Source of the DNA: Octopus sinensis
Lineage: Eukaryota
Reading direction: 5' to 3'
Assembly: GCF_006345805.1 (NCBI RefSeq)
Contig: NC_043014.1
Location: 29,822,001-29,886,000, forward strand
Length of the DNA stretch: 64,000 nt
The position numbers were made by a program, and so were the translations under genes. Under the pieces are notes generated by a model, which had not been told where the DNA came from, searched no databases, and was given only the letters and a program-made list of their open reading frames with translations. This document shows, one piece after another, positions 28,312-42,099 of this stretch (positions within the stretch are counted from its first letter, which is position 1; each line of letters starts with the position of its first letter).

Positions 28312-28479
28312 ATAAATATCAGTTACATTGAGTGTGTGTATGCATGTGTAAAACATTTCATAAGGGCAACAGAGTGATTTAAAAAGGTATGTAAAAGATA
28401 ATTTATTTTAATAGCATGCTTTTCTGTTAGTAAATGTGTTTCTTACACACACACACTTTAGTCTTTGCTAAGTTGATCT

Positions 28480-28612
28480 TAAGACCTTCGATTCCAGGTT
28501 TTACTTCCGCACTTGGAATTTCTTTTCTAGCTCAGGTATAGAACCTGCTATGAGAGCAAGATCATCAGCATATAGTAGTTCCCAGGGGCAGCCGGTCTTG
28601 AATCCCTCTGTT
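28480..28612 (-). mobile_element. RTE RT fragment containing the YADD motif
   Basis: [33 protein letters not shown] on the minus strand. Confidence 0.85.
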
Positions 28613-28703
28613 ATGTTATATATATATATGTGTGTATGTATATATATGTGTGTATGTGTATATATATAATATATATATATGTGTGTATGTATATATATGT
28701 GTG

Positions 28704-28745
<42 letters not shown>

Positions 28746-28756
28746 ATATATGTGTG

Positions 28757-28851
<95 letters not shown>

Positions 28852-29180
28852 ATATATATGTGTGTGTGTATATATATGTATATATATATATAATATATAT
28901 ATATATATAATGTGTGTGTATTATATATATATATATGATGTGTGTGTGTATTATATATATATATGATGTGTGTGTATATATTATATATATGATGTGTGTG
29001 TATATATATATATGATGTGTGTGTATATATATATATATATGATGTGTGTGTATATATATGTATATATGTATGTGTATATATGTATATATATATGTGTGTG
29101 TATATATGTATATATATATATGTGTGTGTATATATGTATATATATGTGTGTGTATATATATATATATATATGATGATGAT
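28613..29180. repeat. Complex (TA)/(TG) microsatellite
   Basis: Seen directly. Confidence 0.95.
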
Positions 29181-29809
29181 GAGGAGATTGCTTCCTACTA
29201 TCAAATCCACTGTTTTTCTATATCAGTAATGGCATGTTTTAGCATGCAGTGCTAGTGGAAACTTGCTACTGATGTTGCTCAAAAAAGCAGAAATACACAT
29301 TTAGCAATTCCTCCACTGTGGCTAGATGCTTTTCTTCTGCTACTGATACATTTCTGTATTTTTAACACTACCTCTATATGAGCTGATTTCTCGAGATGAA
29401 TACCACAGTTACCAGGCTTTTGACAGTATATTCATATTAAGTATGATATACAGAATGCTATTATATATCTGTGTGTGTGTGTGTGTGTGTTTATCAGGCT
29501 CGGAAAATTTGAAAGGAAGGTGGTGATAGGGAGCATTATCAAATGGCTAGAAAAACAGCTAGATGTCAGATATACTTGATTAAAAGTGGGGCAAAAAGGA
29601 AGAGATTTGTGAATGTCCTGCAATGTGAAGATTGTAGGCATAGAGTGTTCAGGATTGTGAGACATGAGAGAGAACCGAGATGTCGTTGGTTAGAAGTGTC
29701 TGTAGGATGATTAAGGCATACTTGCCACCAACATGGAAGACAAAGTGGTGTAGAAATGCTATTATGAGGGGTTGCTGAATGTGGAGAATGTATGAAATAA
29801 AAAGAGACT

Positions 29810-30683
29810 ATTTCATACTGACTCAATAGAAGGATCACAAAAGTACTGCTCCCAAAATTACTGTAGAGCTTAATGACCACCTCAAGAACCCAGTTTCCAC
29901 AAAAACTGTTTGCTGGGAGCTGCACAAAGCTGGATTTCACAGGAGGGCTGCAATCAGAAAACCACTACTTTCAAAAACAAATGTTGCAAAGCGTTTAGAG
30001 TGGAGTAAAATCCTACAGAATTGGTCCCTAGAGCAGTAGAAAAATGCTATTTTCTCGGATGAGTCATCCTTTACTTTATTTCCGATCACTAAGTATACAT
30101 GTGGAGACAGCCAAAAGAAGCATTTGACCCAGACTGCCTTCTTCCAACCGTTAAACATAGAGGAGGATATGTGATGATCTGGGGGCTATATCTTGGAAAC
30201 CCGCCAGCCCAATGGTTTTCCTTCATAGCAGAATTAATAGTCAAGACTATTTAAGTATTTTATCTGATCAAATTCATCCTATGGTTACAGAACTGTTTCC
30301 GGAGGGAAACGCAATCTTTCAGGATGATAATGCACCAATTCACACAGCTAAAGTTGTTACTGAATGGCGCAAGGAACATTCTAGTAAAGTTGAACATCTT
30401 ATCTGGCCACCACAGTCCCCAGATCTCAATATTATTGAACATTTATGTTGCATTTTAGAAAAACAAGTTGGGAGTCGATATCCTGCACCATCATCACTAA
30501 ATGAACTGGAGACTGTCTCAGCTGAAGAATGGACAAAAATTCCTTTGGAAGCAATTCAAACTTTGTACGAGTTCATACCTCATAGAATTCAAGCTGTAAT
30601 TACTGCCAAAGGTTGTCCTATCCCATATTAAAATAAATTTGTTTGAAATTTTAAAGTGTTACCATTATTTTGTCCAACCCCCG
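29810..30683 (+). mobile_element. Tc1 (DD34E) transposon, 5'-truncated
   Basis: FSDES, VMIWGAI, FQDDNAPIHTAK and WPPQSPDLNIIEHL (ORF 30212-30631). The right TIR ends ...attattttgtccaacccccg followed by TA. Confidence 0.92.
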
Positions 30684-30714
30684 TATGATTAATAATACTA
30701 AAATAACTCGTTTG

Positions 30715-30900
30715 TTTTGGAGGAAGGGCAAAGCTGATTAAATCAACCCCAGTGTTCAACTGGTACTTGTTTTATCGACCTCCAAAAGGATGAAAGGCAA
30801 AGTCTACCCCAGCAGAATTTGAACTCAACATAAGGACGAACAAAATTCCACTAAACGTTTTGCCCAGTGTACTAACAATTCTGCCAGTTCACCACCTTCA
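30715..30900 (-). mobile_element. Nin-like SINE
   Basis: Same family as 13715 and 24645. Confidence 0.8.
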
Positions 30901-31039
30901 AATTTATATAATGTTAATCAATGAATGTAACAAATGGCACATACAGTAGTGTATACAGTGAGAAAAGGGTGAATGATGGTAAATTTAATAAAAAGATAAA
31001 AAAAACAGACCATGAATGTGAATCTTCCTGTGATTGGCA

Positions 31040-33960
31040 AATCCCAAGCTTTCCTCTTCACTATTGATGCAGAAGTCTTCAAACAGCAACCAACACATTT
31101 CTCATTGAAAATACTCCCACTACTTGTCAGTTCTGAAGTTTCTGGGTATCAACATAGGCTCAACAAAAGTTGAGATTGTGAAGATACTGGAGAGCAGAGA
31201 GGAGTGGATTTGTGCAAGATGGAAAGGATCCTTAGTGAAACACTTCACAGGCAAGAAGTAGCAAATACAAACTTATCCGGGTGTATAAAAGTGATTGTAG
31301 GTGTGTCATAGGCAAAAGAGTTATCCACTCAGTGTGAGGAGAAACCAGGGTGTATGGCAGGCATACCTGTTAGTTGAGGATCAGATGGACAGAGTAATTG
31401 AGGTAATCAGATGTACTATACTATAGTTAAACTCAGATCAGCTTTGTACGACTCAACATTTATTTATGTGTTCACTCCACTGTCGGGCTTGACTGGCAAA
31501 CAGAAAGACCATATCTATATGACCCTAGGCTACCTCAACAATGAACAGTAGTAACTTCAATATCATGGTTGGTGACTTTAACTACCATGTTGGTCAACGA
31601 AATGATGACTTCCTTTGATATTCCTGGAAGTTATGGCTATGGTACAAGAAATGAGGAGGGTGTAATAAGGCTCCTGGACTTCTGTGATGCAACTGGATCT
31701 GCCAATTGGCTACACACACTTCGAAAAACCAACTCACCATCTCATTGCCTCTGGTGAGCATTCTTATCAAGAAATCATCGTATATATCAAAACCTTTCCC
31801 TATGACGAATGCATTACCCTTCACAAATTAGTGGCTTATGGCTTCTGAATCAGAACTAGGCAAATTCAGAAACAAAAATATGGCGAAGGAAGGCATAGAA
31901 GCTAAAAGATCTTGCAGTTGGTCATTGGTTTAGAGAAGTTCTAATTGACACATATGACTGTAATGAAAAGGAATTAGATACTTGTAGCATACATGACAAC
32001 TGGGAATTCCTCTAGATAACCTACTAATGGCTACATATAAAACATGTTGCTAGTGCAGTTTTCCAGCCAAGCAAAACGTGACAGCTTAGTAGATAGTTCT
32101 ATAAAAGCAAAGAAACAAGCTTGGAAAGCCTGGATGAAAGGTAATAGAAAGCATTTTCAAGTAGTTAGAAAGGCAGACTAAGGAAGAAGCAAAAAGGAAT
32201 ATATATCATCATCAATCATCATCGTCGTTTAACGTCCGTTCTCCATGCTAGCATGGGTTGGACGGTTCGACCGGGGTTCTGGGAAGCCAGAAGGCTGCAC
32301 CAGGCTCCAGTCTAATTTGGCAATGTTTCTACAGCTGGATGCCCTTCCTAACGCCAACCACTCCGTGAGTGTAGTGGGTGCTTTTTACGTGCCCACTACA
32401 CTCACGGCACATATATATATATTATATATATGTTCTGCAATGTGAAGATCAGAGGTATGGTATATTCAGGATTGTGAGACAGTGTGTTAGAGAGAGCCAA
32501 GGTGTCTGGGGAGAAGTATATCCAAACTTATGAATGTACATACACCATTGCTGTGGAAGACAAGAAATTGGCATAGAAGCGCTATTATGAAAGGCTGTTA
32601 AACATGGATAATGCATAGGAGAAAGAGGGGCTGTTTCATGTTGATATAGAAAGAGGGGCTGTTTCATGTTGATATAGAGGAACCAGAAATTAAAGACATG
32701 AAGATAGAGAAAGCTGCTGATTCATGAAGGATAATCATTGAGACAATCAAAATAAGATATTTGATAATCAAGTAATATAGGAGGGTGTCATACTCAATGA
32801 CAGGCATAGCAGTATCATTGTAATTGGCTAAAAGAGCAAAAGAGATGCTTTTAAGGAGAGGAATAAAATTGTTGAACCAAGCTTATGAAGGTCATGGAGA
32901 AATTTATAACACAATTGATCCATGACAGTAGACCTAGATGAGATGTAGTTCAGCTATGTGCCAGGAATTGGTATCACAAATGTGATTTTCCTTGTGAGGT
33001 ATCTGCTAGAGAAATATTTAGCTAACACTGAACCTCTATATCTGGCATTAGTTAACTTGGATGAGTCCTTTGGCAGTGTTTGACATGCTGTAATTTGGTG
33101 GTTCATAACAGAGCTAGGTGTAGATAAATAGCCTGTGAGAATCAACTGTTAGTTCAGTGTTCATGCCACCACAGAGGAATTAAAGACCGGCTGCCTGTGG
33201 GAGCTCTTATATGCCGATGATCTATTTCTTATAGTTGAATCTGAAGAAATTTCAGACATAGAAATAAAATCCATAATCAAGAGGCCTCAATATGAATTTA
33301 GCAAAAAACTGCAGTGTTAATAAGAAGAAAAGAAACAGGACCTGGTATTGTCAGGGAAATGGAGGGAATGGTCTTACTTGTTATGCAAGAGGGGAGTAAG
33401 TATAAACTTCAAATGCTGTACCCAGTGTATGCTAATGACACAGATATTATGGAATGAAGGCAAGCCCAGCAGAGAAAGAAAGATTTGTGTGTAGCAGATG
33501 CACCAGAGCCATATGTACTCAGAGCTTACCAGAAATAAATGTCCAGCTGGTTCAGTGGATGTAGTTGATAGCTTCTGTTATCTAGCTAACATAACTAACA
33601 GGAAAGGTAGTTGTTCTGAAAGTATAGGGGCCAGGGCAAAGATGGATTGGAAGAATACCACTATTGGCAGGTGAAAAGTAGATATAATTCTTGTGGGCCT
33701 TGAACACAGAAGACTAGAAACCAATGAAATCATCATGTTTGGATGGTTGTGTAAATTTAGTATGCATCAGTGTCAGAGTACAAATCAGCTGAGAGAAAAC
33801 TGTGTATAGGAGGAATCTAGTTCAGCCTGCTGCATATGGAAGTGACAAACACTCTAACTGAGAGGGAGACCAAAGAAGACTTGGGATAAAATAGTGAAGA
33901 CTGATCCGGAGGTGCTGCACCTCAAGGAAGTGATAAGAAAGTGCCACACAGATAAGCAAT
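31040..33960 (+). mobile_element. RTE LINE, near full-length but heavily decayed
   Basis: Endonuclease remnants (VGDFN..GYGYGTRNEEG..RLLDFCDA), [16 protein letters not shown] (33185-33225) and C-terminal RPKKTWDKIVK. Confidence 0.85.
32205..32410 (-). mobile_element. Young 5'-truncated RTE 3'-end insertion nested in the older RTE
   Basis: Close match to 63612-63790 with CpGs retained. It interrupts the plus-strand RTE. Confidence 0.9.
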
Positions 33961-36122
33961 ATGCAAGCTGCAGAAAACCCATCTACCCATACAAAACATA
34001 CCCTACCAAGCCTATCTCTGCTGCTGTCTTACCTTGTATCCTCACTCCCCCTCTCATCTACCTATTACTCATACTCCTTCAGGTTGCTATTTCCCCATCT
34101 ATCCACCAACTTCATCCAAAAGTATGGAAACCAAATTTGATTGCAGTAGGATTTGAACTCAGAACTTAAAGCACTGGAACAAATACCTCAAGGATGTTTT
34201 CTAATTCTCTAACAACTATGCCAATCCAACCCCTTGGAAACTTTTAAATGGTGGACACCAATTGACACATGGGCATCTACTTCGTCTAATGCACCTAAGC
34301 ATAAGTGGCCCTTTTCAATAGGAAAAACCAAGTTGCAAATGTGTACAGAAATGAAGTTTCTTCTGACTTACCCTCATCACCAAATGTGGTGGATGATGAG
34401 GATGGTGATCATGTTCTAGATGGCACAACACATAACAATGTGATGCTTCAACTAGTTCTGGTTGGAAAAAGTGAACTGATTTTCTCCAATTATACATTCA
34501 TTTCACAATGTGGGAATCTCAAATGAATTTATGCTTATGCTAGATGTGCAAAGGAAAGTGAATATTTTACTGCACTTTTCACTAATGAGGTTATACATTT
34601 TATTCTATGAGAACTAACAATTATTATAATTTTTGTACTTATTTAAACTGAAAATAAGTACAAAAATTACCTCTAAGAAAAAGAGTTATTTTTTGCCTTT
34701 TGCTTGTTTATCACACATATTCGTGTAAGTCTTTCCTGCCATTCAAAGGTTAATGATACAATTTTATGGTTTTTGATATTTTAAATATGTAAGGTTTATG
34801 TTCTTAACTGTAGTCTTAAATACCAAACTATACATGTGAAGTCTACAAAATACATTGTTAAATTGTTTTACTTGGATTTTGAACATGAAACTGGAAAATA
34901 TTTCTCAAGCTTATGTCTCTATATAATCATCTTTAATGACTTGAGCACTTTTATGATATGGTAATATTTGTATATGGAGGAAGTGGGGTAAAACTGAAAC
35001 CGATATTTTGCAGATTTATGCTAAATAGAATTTAGACATTGATTCAATGTCAGTTATAGAGATTGTTTTTTTTTTATTGCAACTGACAATGGCAGAGCAG
35101 TACAAAAATAAAGCACTATTAAAATATGTAAACCAAGAACATTATCACTTCAAAACAGATTTTTTTGTTCTTTCTACTTCTTCCTGATTTTTTAAAATTA
35201 ATAGATCTAAATGTATTCATTAAATTACAAATTTAAGAGACAAAAACAGCACTATGCCTAACTAGAACTCTATATCTAGTGCTTGCTGGACTGCTGTATT
35301 GCTTATTACTTAACAGTGCATTTGCCAGTCTTACCAATCCTTGTATTTTGTTCATAATTTGTTTCTGCTATTTTAACTACTGTTATTTTATTTCCACAAC
35401 ATAATTTGTCACACACTTAACACCATCACCATATCATTTCCATTAAAATCTTATTTATAAATGCCTCAGAATGAACATAGCACAGGTCTACATGTTTAGC
35501 TCTTAACATCCTACTGAAAATTTTCTAAGTCAGAAGAAGCCCAGTCCCATGATGAATAATTCTGTTACAGAACAGAAATGAATGATTGAGAGAGGGAGTT
35601 CAGACACTAGAAGGTTCCTCAATTCCTTCAAAATGAATGTATGATTCATGTGATATCATGGCTATCAGGATTGGTTGACTAATGCAGTCCTGTGCAGTTC
35701 TGTTTCACACAGGTTGTTAGGTGTTAATAGTTGTATTGACCTTTTGTATTTGTTCCCTCTACAAACCATTACAGCTCACTCAGGACTCCTCTTCAAGTTT
35801 TGTGCTCTTATGAGAAAAGAGACGAGAAACAAATATTCCCCTGGTTAGGATACCAAACTGTCGCTGGAAACTTTCCCCATAGGAGAAACTGAAATGGACA
35901 CCATGTCAATTTTCAGTTTGATACTTTAGCTGCTGTTTACAGAAAGGATTTGTTACAGCTCAGGTTGTCCTATCCCATATTAAAATAAAGAGAGAGAGAG
36001 GGGGCGTACATACATGCATGCACTCTTATATTGCTGTATTATGTTTATTTGTTGATGACTTTGTATATTGAACTGTCTGAGATTTAAATGTTATTGCTAT
36101 ACTGACAAGGTCATACTAATGA

Positions 36123-36208
36123 TCAGGTGTGATAAGTATTAATTTACTCAGCAGGTGTGATAAGTATTAATTTACTCATCAGGTGTGATAAGTATTAATT
36201 TACTCATC
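36123..36208. repeat. Three tandem copies of a 28-bp unit
   Basis: (t/g)caggtgtgataagtattaatttactca x3. Confidence 0.95.
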
Positions 36209-36274
36209 TGTACTCTCTCATGTATTGCAGTAGATATAATATATCTAGCTTCTGAAGTGTATTTCAGTATCTTA

Positions 36275-36642
36275 TCTTTCATTATTTATTTGTTTCAGTC
36301 ATTAGACTGTGGCCATGGTGGAGCACTGCCTTGAAGAATTTTAGTCAAATGAATTAACCCAGATACTTATTATTTTTTAAGCCTGGTACTTATTCTATCG
36401 GTCTCTTTTGCCAAGCCACTAAGTTACAGGGACATACACATACCAGTTATCAAGTAGTGGTGGGGACACATACACACACACACACAACAGGCTTCTTTCA
36501 GTTTCTGTTTACCAAATTAATTCACAAGGCTTTGGTCAGCCCAAGGATATAGTTAAAGACACTTACGCAAGGTGCCACACAGTGGGACTGAACCTAGAAC
36601 CATATGATTAACAAGCAAACTTCTTACCACACAGCCATGCCT
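36275..36642 (-). mobile_element. tRNA-derived SINE (main family)
   Basis: tgtttcagtcattagactgtggccatg...caaggtgccacacagtgggactgaacc...cttaccacacagccatgcc. Confidence 0.88.
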
Positions 36643-37245
36643 AACAACAAAATTTCAGTAGTTAAAAAAAAATAAATGCATATTTGTGTAATATATCCAA
36701 GCATACACACTTCCATGATTTATTTGATTTAATCTAATTTTTATTTGTTGCTTAATACTTGAATCCATAATTTTCATATTTTTTAATTGTTTTTTTTTTT
36801 TTTTTGTAATATTGATATCAGCTTGTTCATTCAAACTGATATTAATAAAAAGGTTATTGTGTCGAACTTCTCCTAAAAACAAAGAATCTGATATTAGGAT
36901 TTTATGCATATCGCAGTAGTATTTTATAAATCTCATACCACGCTGTTAAAATACTCTGTGTGACAGAAAATATTAGACTAACATCAAAATATATGAGAAT
37001 AGAGCTTAACAATAATCTATTGCATAGTGCTTTTCCACATCATTTAGCACAAAGCAACCTGTTAACTTCAATTACTTTGTTCAGTCATTCAGACTAAAGC
37101 TATCAACAACATACCATTATCAAAGAACACTACTTGTGTTTTCCTTTCCTTTTTAATGATTTATTTTCGAGAATTTATTTTCCTTCTTTCAATAATAAGC
37201 CTACTTTAAAGTTGACAATTATTTCTGAACAACATTGTATGAGTC

Positions 37246-37287
<42 letters not shown>

Positions 37288-37849
37288 CGTGTGTGCGTTT
37301 GAGTACACATGCATGTGTATGTGTGTGTATATATATAGGCACCTCCACATGGGAATGCTGGATTCCTGAAAATTTTTCCTTAACATGGAATTCCAGTATG
37401 CAAATCCTATTTTCCATTAGGTGCCATGTCGTATGGAGGTCAGTAGGAAATTCAATGTATATGCAGGCATGCATGTATATTGATGGACATTTTTATAAAG
37501 ACATCACTCATCAATTACACATTAAAATCACTGTGCGTCTGTATTCAAGATTGAATTGAAACAAATTCTATCTAAATAAAAGCAGATTTTTTTAAATACT
37601 TTTCAAATCATATGTGTGTATAGAAACACACACATAACTGTTGAACAAGCAATTTGAAGAATTTTGATTTGCTCTGAAATCATTTATGATTGTAAGTGTA
37701 GAAGGTGTGCTAAAATGTTATTATAGCTGCTCCAAAGAGCTAACAAAGTTACATGACTCTTTGGTTGACATATTTTCTTTCTTTCTGCAAGTTTTAATTT
37801 TTAATTAAACTGTTATATTAGATCAGTGTGAAATATATATTCTTGTAGG

Positions 37850-38410
37850 CACAGGCATAGCTGTATGGTCGATGAGTTCAGTACCACCGCACAGTGTCAT
37901 AAGCATCTTCTACTATAATCCCATGCTGCTGATCAATGCTAAGTTCAGAAATTTGGTAGATGGAAACTGTGTATCTAAATATATATAAATATAAACATAG
38001 GTGTAGGAGTGGCTGTATGGTAAGTAGTTTGCTTACCAACCACATGGTTCTGGGTTCAGTCCCACTGTGTGGCACCTTGGGTAACTATCTTCTACTATAG
38101 CCTAGGGCCGACCAAAGCCTTGTGAGTGGATTTGGTAGACGGAAACTGAAAGAAGCCCGTCGTATATGTGTATATATATATATATATGTGTGTGTGTCTG
38201 TGTTTGTCCCCCCTAGCATTGCTTATAACTGATGCAGGTGTGTTTATGTCCCCGTAACTTAGCGTTTCGGCCAAAGAGACTGATAGAATAAGTACTGGGC
38301 TTACAAAGAATAAGTCCCGGGGTCGATTTGCTCGACTAAAGGCAGTGCTCCAGCATGGCCACAGTCAAATGACTGAAACAAGTAAAAGAGGTAAAAGTAA
38401 AAGAGAAAAG
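37850..38410 (+). mobile_element. tRNA-derived SINE: a decayed head followed by a full copy (38000-38410)
   Basis: A-box-like ggagtggctgtatggtaag, B-box-like gggttcagtccc, central microsatellite and tail gactgaaacaagtaaaagag. Confidence 0.9.
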
Positions 38411-38800
38411 AGATATAGATATGTGTGTGTGTACATCAATGTGTACAAACTGTGGTGAACCACACTCTAGACAGTAATGGCACCATTTGTAGCAAGCAAT
38501 GACATCACCATCTGTGACATTTATTGACATTTCCTGTCAACAGATTGCCTGCTACCTCTGCACTTTCAAATTCCTCTAGAGTTAAAATTTCTTTTCTCAA
38601 AAATCTGGCAAAGAAGAGTGCATCAGGCCATAAAAATCCTACATGAAGTACTTCACTGTCTAACCCTTGCTAGCATGGAACAGTTATTAAACAAATACAG
38701 GGGAATGGAAATATGCTGCATTTGCAGACCTGTCCTTTCAGCAATGGCTTCGAAAAATAAACATAATACAGCAATATAAGAGTGCATGCATGTATGTACG

Positions 38801-38850
<50 letters not shown>

Positions 38851-39714
38851 CCTCCCTCCCTCCCTCCCTCCCCCCTCTCTCTTTCCCTCCCTCCCCCATC
38901 CCCCCCCTCTCTCTCTCTCTCTCTCCAATGCTCTTTTCAAGCTTATCCACAGTTAAAATAAATTATATCTACTGTAAATTGCCAATAAAATATACTGGTA
39001 ATTTCTTCTGCATGTTTTAAATTTTGTATAAAACAAAACAAAATATATTTAAATCACTCTACATCCATCCTATCCTTTTCTTGCCTCTAGCTTGCATGTA
39101 ATAGCATGGTAGGTAATTTTGGGTTTTGCTTGAGTTGTTACAGTTTAATGCCATAGCCAGATAAATTCCCTAACATTAATCATTCAATCATAAAGTAGGA
39201 ATGGCCCTGGGCAATAGAGTATTTCCTCAAGATTGAAGTTGAAAGTTAATCACTTAACAACTAAAAAAAATCTTTATTTCGACAGACAATTAATACTTCA
39301 GATCACATTGTAAATTAAAGCATTCAAAATACAAAGAAGCAAAAATAAAAATAAAAAAATGGGGGGTAAAATAGCAGAAGATTGTGAGGAAGGGGACGAT
39401 GTGCCACACACCCTGGAACAAACTGTGTGCTCAGCCACACCCCATGGTAATGACTGATGGCATGAAATTGTTTGATGAACAGAATAGATTTCATTTCTTT
39501 CTTGTTTTTTTTTTATTGTCCTGTTGTCCCCTGCCATTATTTATTTATGATTTACATAGTTAATGTTGTGACAACTAAATTAGATGACAGTAATAACTAA
39601 TAGCTGCATGGAGGTGAAGACCATATCACTAAATAACTATATGTGGAACAATTAGACACTTTTTGTTAAAGCAAATAGTATTGGTTATGGGCACAATATA
39701 ATTAAACTGAGTTG

Positions 39715-39950
39715 CTTAGCACATCTAAGATGGTTAGCTGGCAGAATCATTAGCATGGCAAAGAAAATGCTTAACAGCATTTCGTCCATTTTTATGTTCT
39801 GTGTTCAAATTCTGCTAAGGTCAACTTTGCATTTCATCCTTTTGGGGTCAATAAAATAAGTATCAATTGAACACTAGGGTTGATGTAATCGACTTAGCTT
39901 CTCCCCCAGAATTTCTGGCCTTGTGCCAAAGTTTGAAACTATTATTACTG
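39715..39950 (+). mobile_element. Nin-like SINE
   Basis: agctggcagaatcattagc...gttcaaattctgctaaggtcaactttgcatttcatcctttggggtcaataaaataagta. Confidence 0.85.
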
Positions 39951-41429
39951 TCACATTTCCAAACAACATAATCCTTGGTGCAATGTTATTGAGAATAACT
40001 CCCATTAAATATCTTTAGTCTTTCACTTAAAGACTAGTTGGTAATAGTATTTTAGTATACTAGGATGTGAAGAAGACATCTCAAGTGAGAAGTGTCAACC
40101 AACCATTTCAGATATAAAAGGAAAAAAAGCAAACATTCGAATATAATTATCTACAATATTATTGGGTAATTAACAGTAGTTTTCCTGTAAGTGAAATATC
40201 TTTATATTTGACTGGAATTATAGCTTATTTCAGTAAATAAGATAATAATTTCTCACTTAGATACAACACATTACAAGGTGTGGGATGAGTTTGTATGAGG
40301 ACAAAAGTTTACAGGGTATGGAATGTGATTGTGTAAGAAAAGGTTACAGAGATGAAAACATGATTATGTTAGATTACAAATTTATAGGCTATGGAATGAG
40401 ATTGCATAAGAAAAGATTACAAATTTGTAATGTGTAAAATGAGATTGTATGCTGGTCCCTTTAGTATAATCATTCCTTTTAACCTTCAGTTTTTCAATTA
40501 ATCTTGTATTTTATTTTGTCATTTTAATCTTATTTAAATTGTATGTGATAGGTTATTTTTAAATCTAATGACTTCTTCAGATTTAATTTTAGTGTAATGA
40601 AAATGGCTTTAAAATATATATTTCCATCGGAATGCTTATTATTTATTTTTACTCTCCCCATCAGATGATTTCTTAAACTTGGAAATGGAATTTGTGCACC
40701 AATGAAACATGTTAGTATTCTGGGCTTTAAAAGCTGTAAATTCAGCAATATACACATAGAAACTTGTTTTAGATTCACATTGTTTTACTTTCAATAACAA
40801 ATTATTATAGCTTGTTTCAGTATTATCTTTACGCTTCTTTTATAGAATATTACTATTATTTTAGGGTAGTTCATTAGCTCCTCTTGTTAATCATCATTCA
40901 TGAAACAGACTATTATGCTCACCAAACTGACACATCTATTTTCATTAAGGTTCATCGTTGTTCTCTTTATACACAGATTGTGTTGTATAGTGATTTGAAC
41001 TAGATCTACTTAAAAAGAGGATGTGCAATTAAAAAAAAAACCCTGAAAAATTGTTGAAACTGTTGTCCTTGTCAGCCAAATATGTTTTCTGTTAATCTGT
41101 AATATAAATAAATATATGAATATAAAGGATGCTTATATCAAGTTAAATGGCTCCATAATTTTATTTTCATTTATAAAGTAATTTTGTTTTGTTATAGCAC
41201 AATTCATTTGAAATAGGATTACTTTTTGACTTGTGTAGCAATATCCTTTCAATGATGACCTTGCAAATGCATATAAAACTAATGAATCGGAAATGTCCTA
41301 AAGTAGTTTGGTGTTGTAGAATCAATCAGTAGTTACCTGTTTATATCTTAAGACAAATCTAGTTGTTAAATAGAAAACATTTGTAAGTAAAGAATTTCTT
41401 AGAAATATTGGTTTCACATTTTGGCAGCA

Positions 41430-41590
41430 ATTAAGTCAATTACATCAATCCCAGTGCTCAACTGGTACTTATTTTGTCAACCCCAAAAGGATGAAAGGCA
41501 AAGTTGACTTCAGCAGAATTTGAACTCAGAACGTAAAGATAGACAAAATGCCACTAGGCATTTTGCCCACTGTGCTAACAATTCTGCCAA
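41430..41590 (-). mobile_element. Nin-like SINE
   Basis: Same family as 13715. Confidence 0.8.
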
Positions 41591-41817
41591 AATTTCTTAG
41601 AAATATCCAAAGTAATTATTTCATTTGTGAATTATTCTATATAGTACTAGGATTAATTTGTGTCTCACTTTGCATATCTGAAGTTTTTTTTCAAATTCTG
41701 CTGTCTTCTTTGTATTAAGGTTTCCCACTGCATCTAAAAATGATTAACATGCATTGGCAAACAGAATTTGTAACAAAAAATTTTAGCATTAAGATACTGA
41801 CTATAAATCAACTAATG

Positions 41818-42012
41818 TATAAAGTACTGAGTCCACATACCATCTAATCTGTGAAATACTTTACTCCATAAAGCATCTGGTCTGTAAAGTAGTTGGTCCA
41901 TAAGACATCTAATCTGTGAAGTATTTTGGTCCATAAAGCTTTTACTCTGTGAAGTATTTGATTCACAATGCATTTAACCATGAAATATTTTGGTCCCTAA
42001 TGCATTTAATCC
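41818..42012. repeat. Degenerate minisatellite, about six copies of a 32-33 bp unit
   Basis: Unit is approximately gtgaagtattttggtccataaagcatctaatct. Confidence 0.7.
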
Positions 42013-42099
42013 ATCTCTGTACTATCTCAGTCATCCCCTATCACTTGGCAAATCATAACTTCTTGTTGTTTGTAGTAGACAAGGTGATTGTGTGTACTC

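Noticed and set aside
34305-34526. Acidic 73-aa ORF with a possible acceptor at 34320
   Set aside because: There is no convincing donor or recognisable domain, and it lies among transposon debris.
36123-36208. 28-bp repeats as a CRISPR array
   Set aside because: The repeats are contiguous with no spacers, the context is eukaryotic and there are no cas genes.
37338-37425. Imperfect hairpin as a second miRNA candidate
   Set aside because: It has only about 12 contiguous base pairs and a 20-nt loop, with no known seed match.
38005-38080. tRNA genes at SINE heads
   Set aside because: They have A/B-box-like motifs but continue into SINE bodies, with no complete cloverleaf.
39298-39537. Minus-strand ORF ending like a GPI-anchor signal (CGTSSPSSQSSAILPPIFLFLFLLL)
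   Set aside because: The hydrophobic tail comes from a low-complexity A-rich tract, the acceptor is weak and there are no supported upstream exons.
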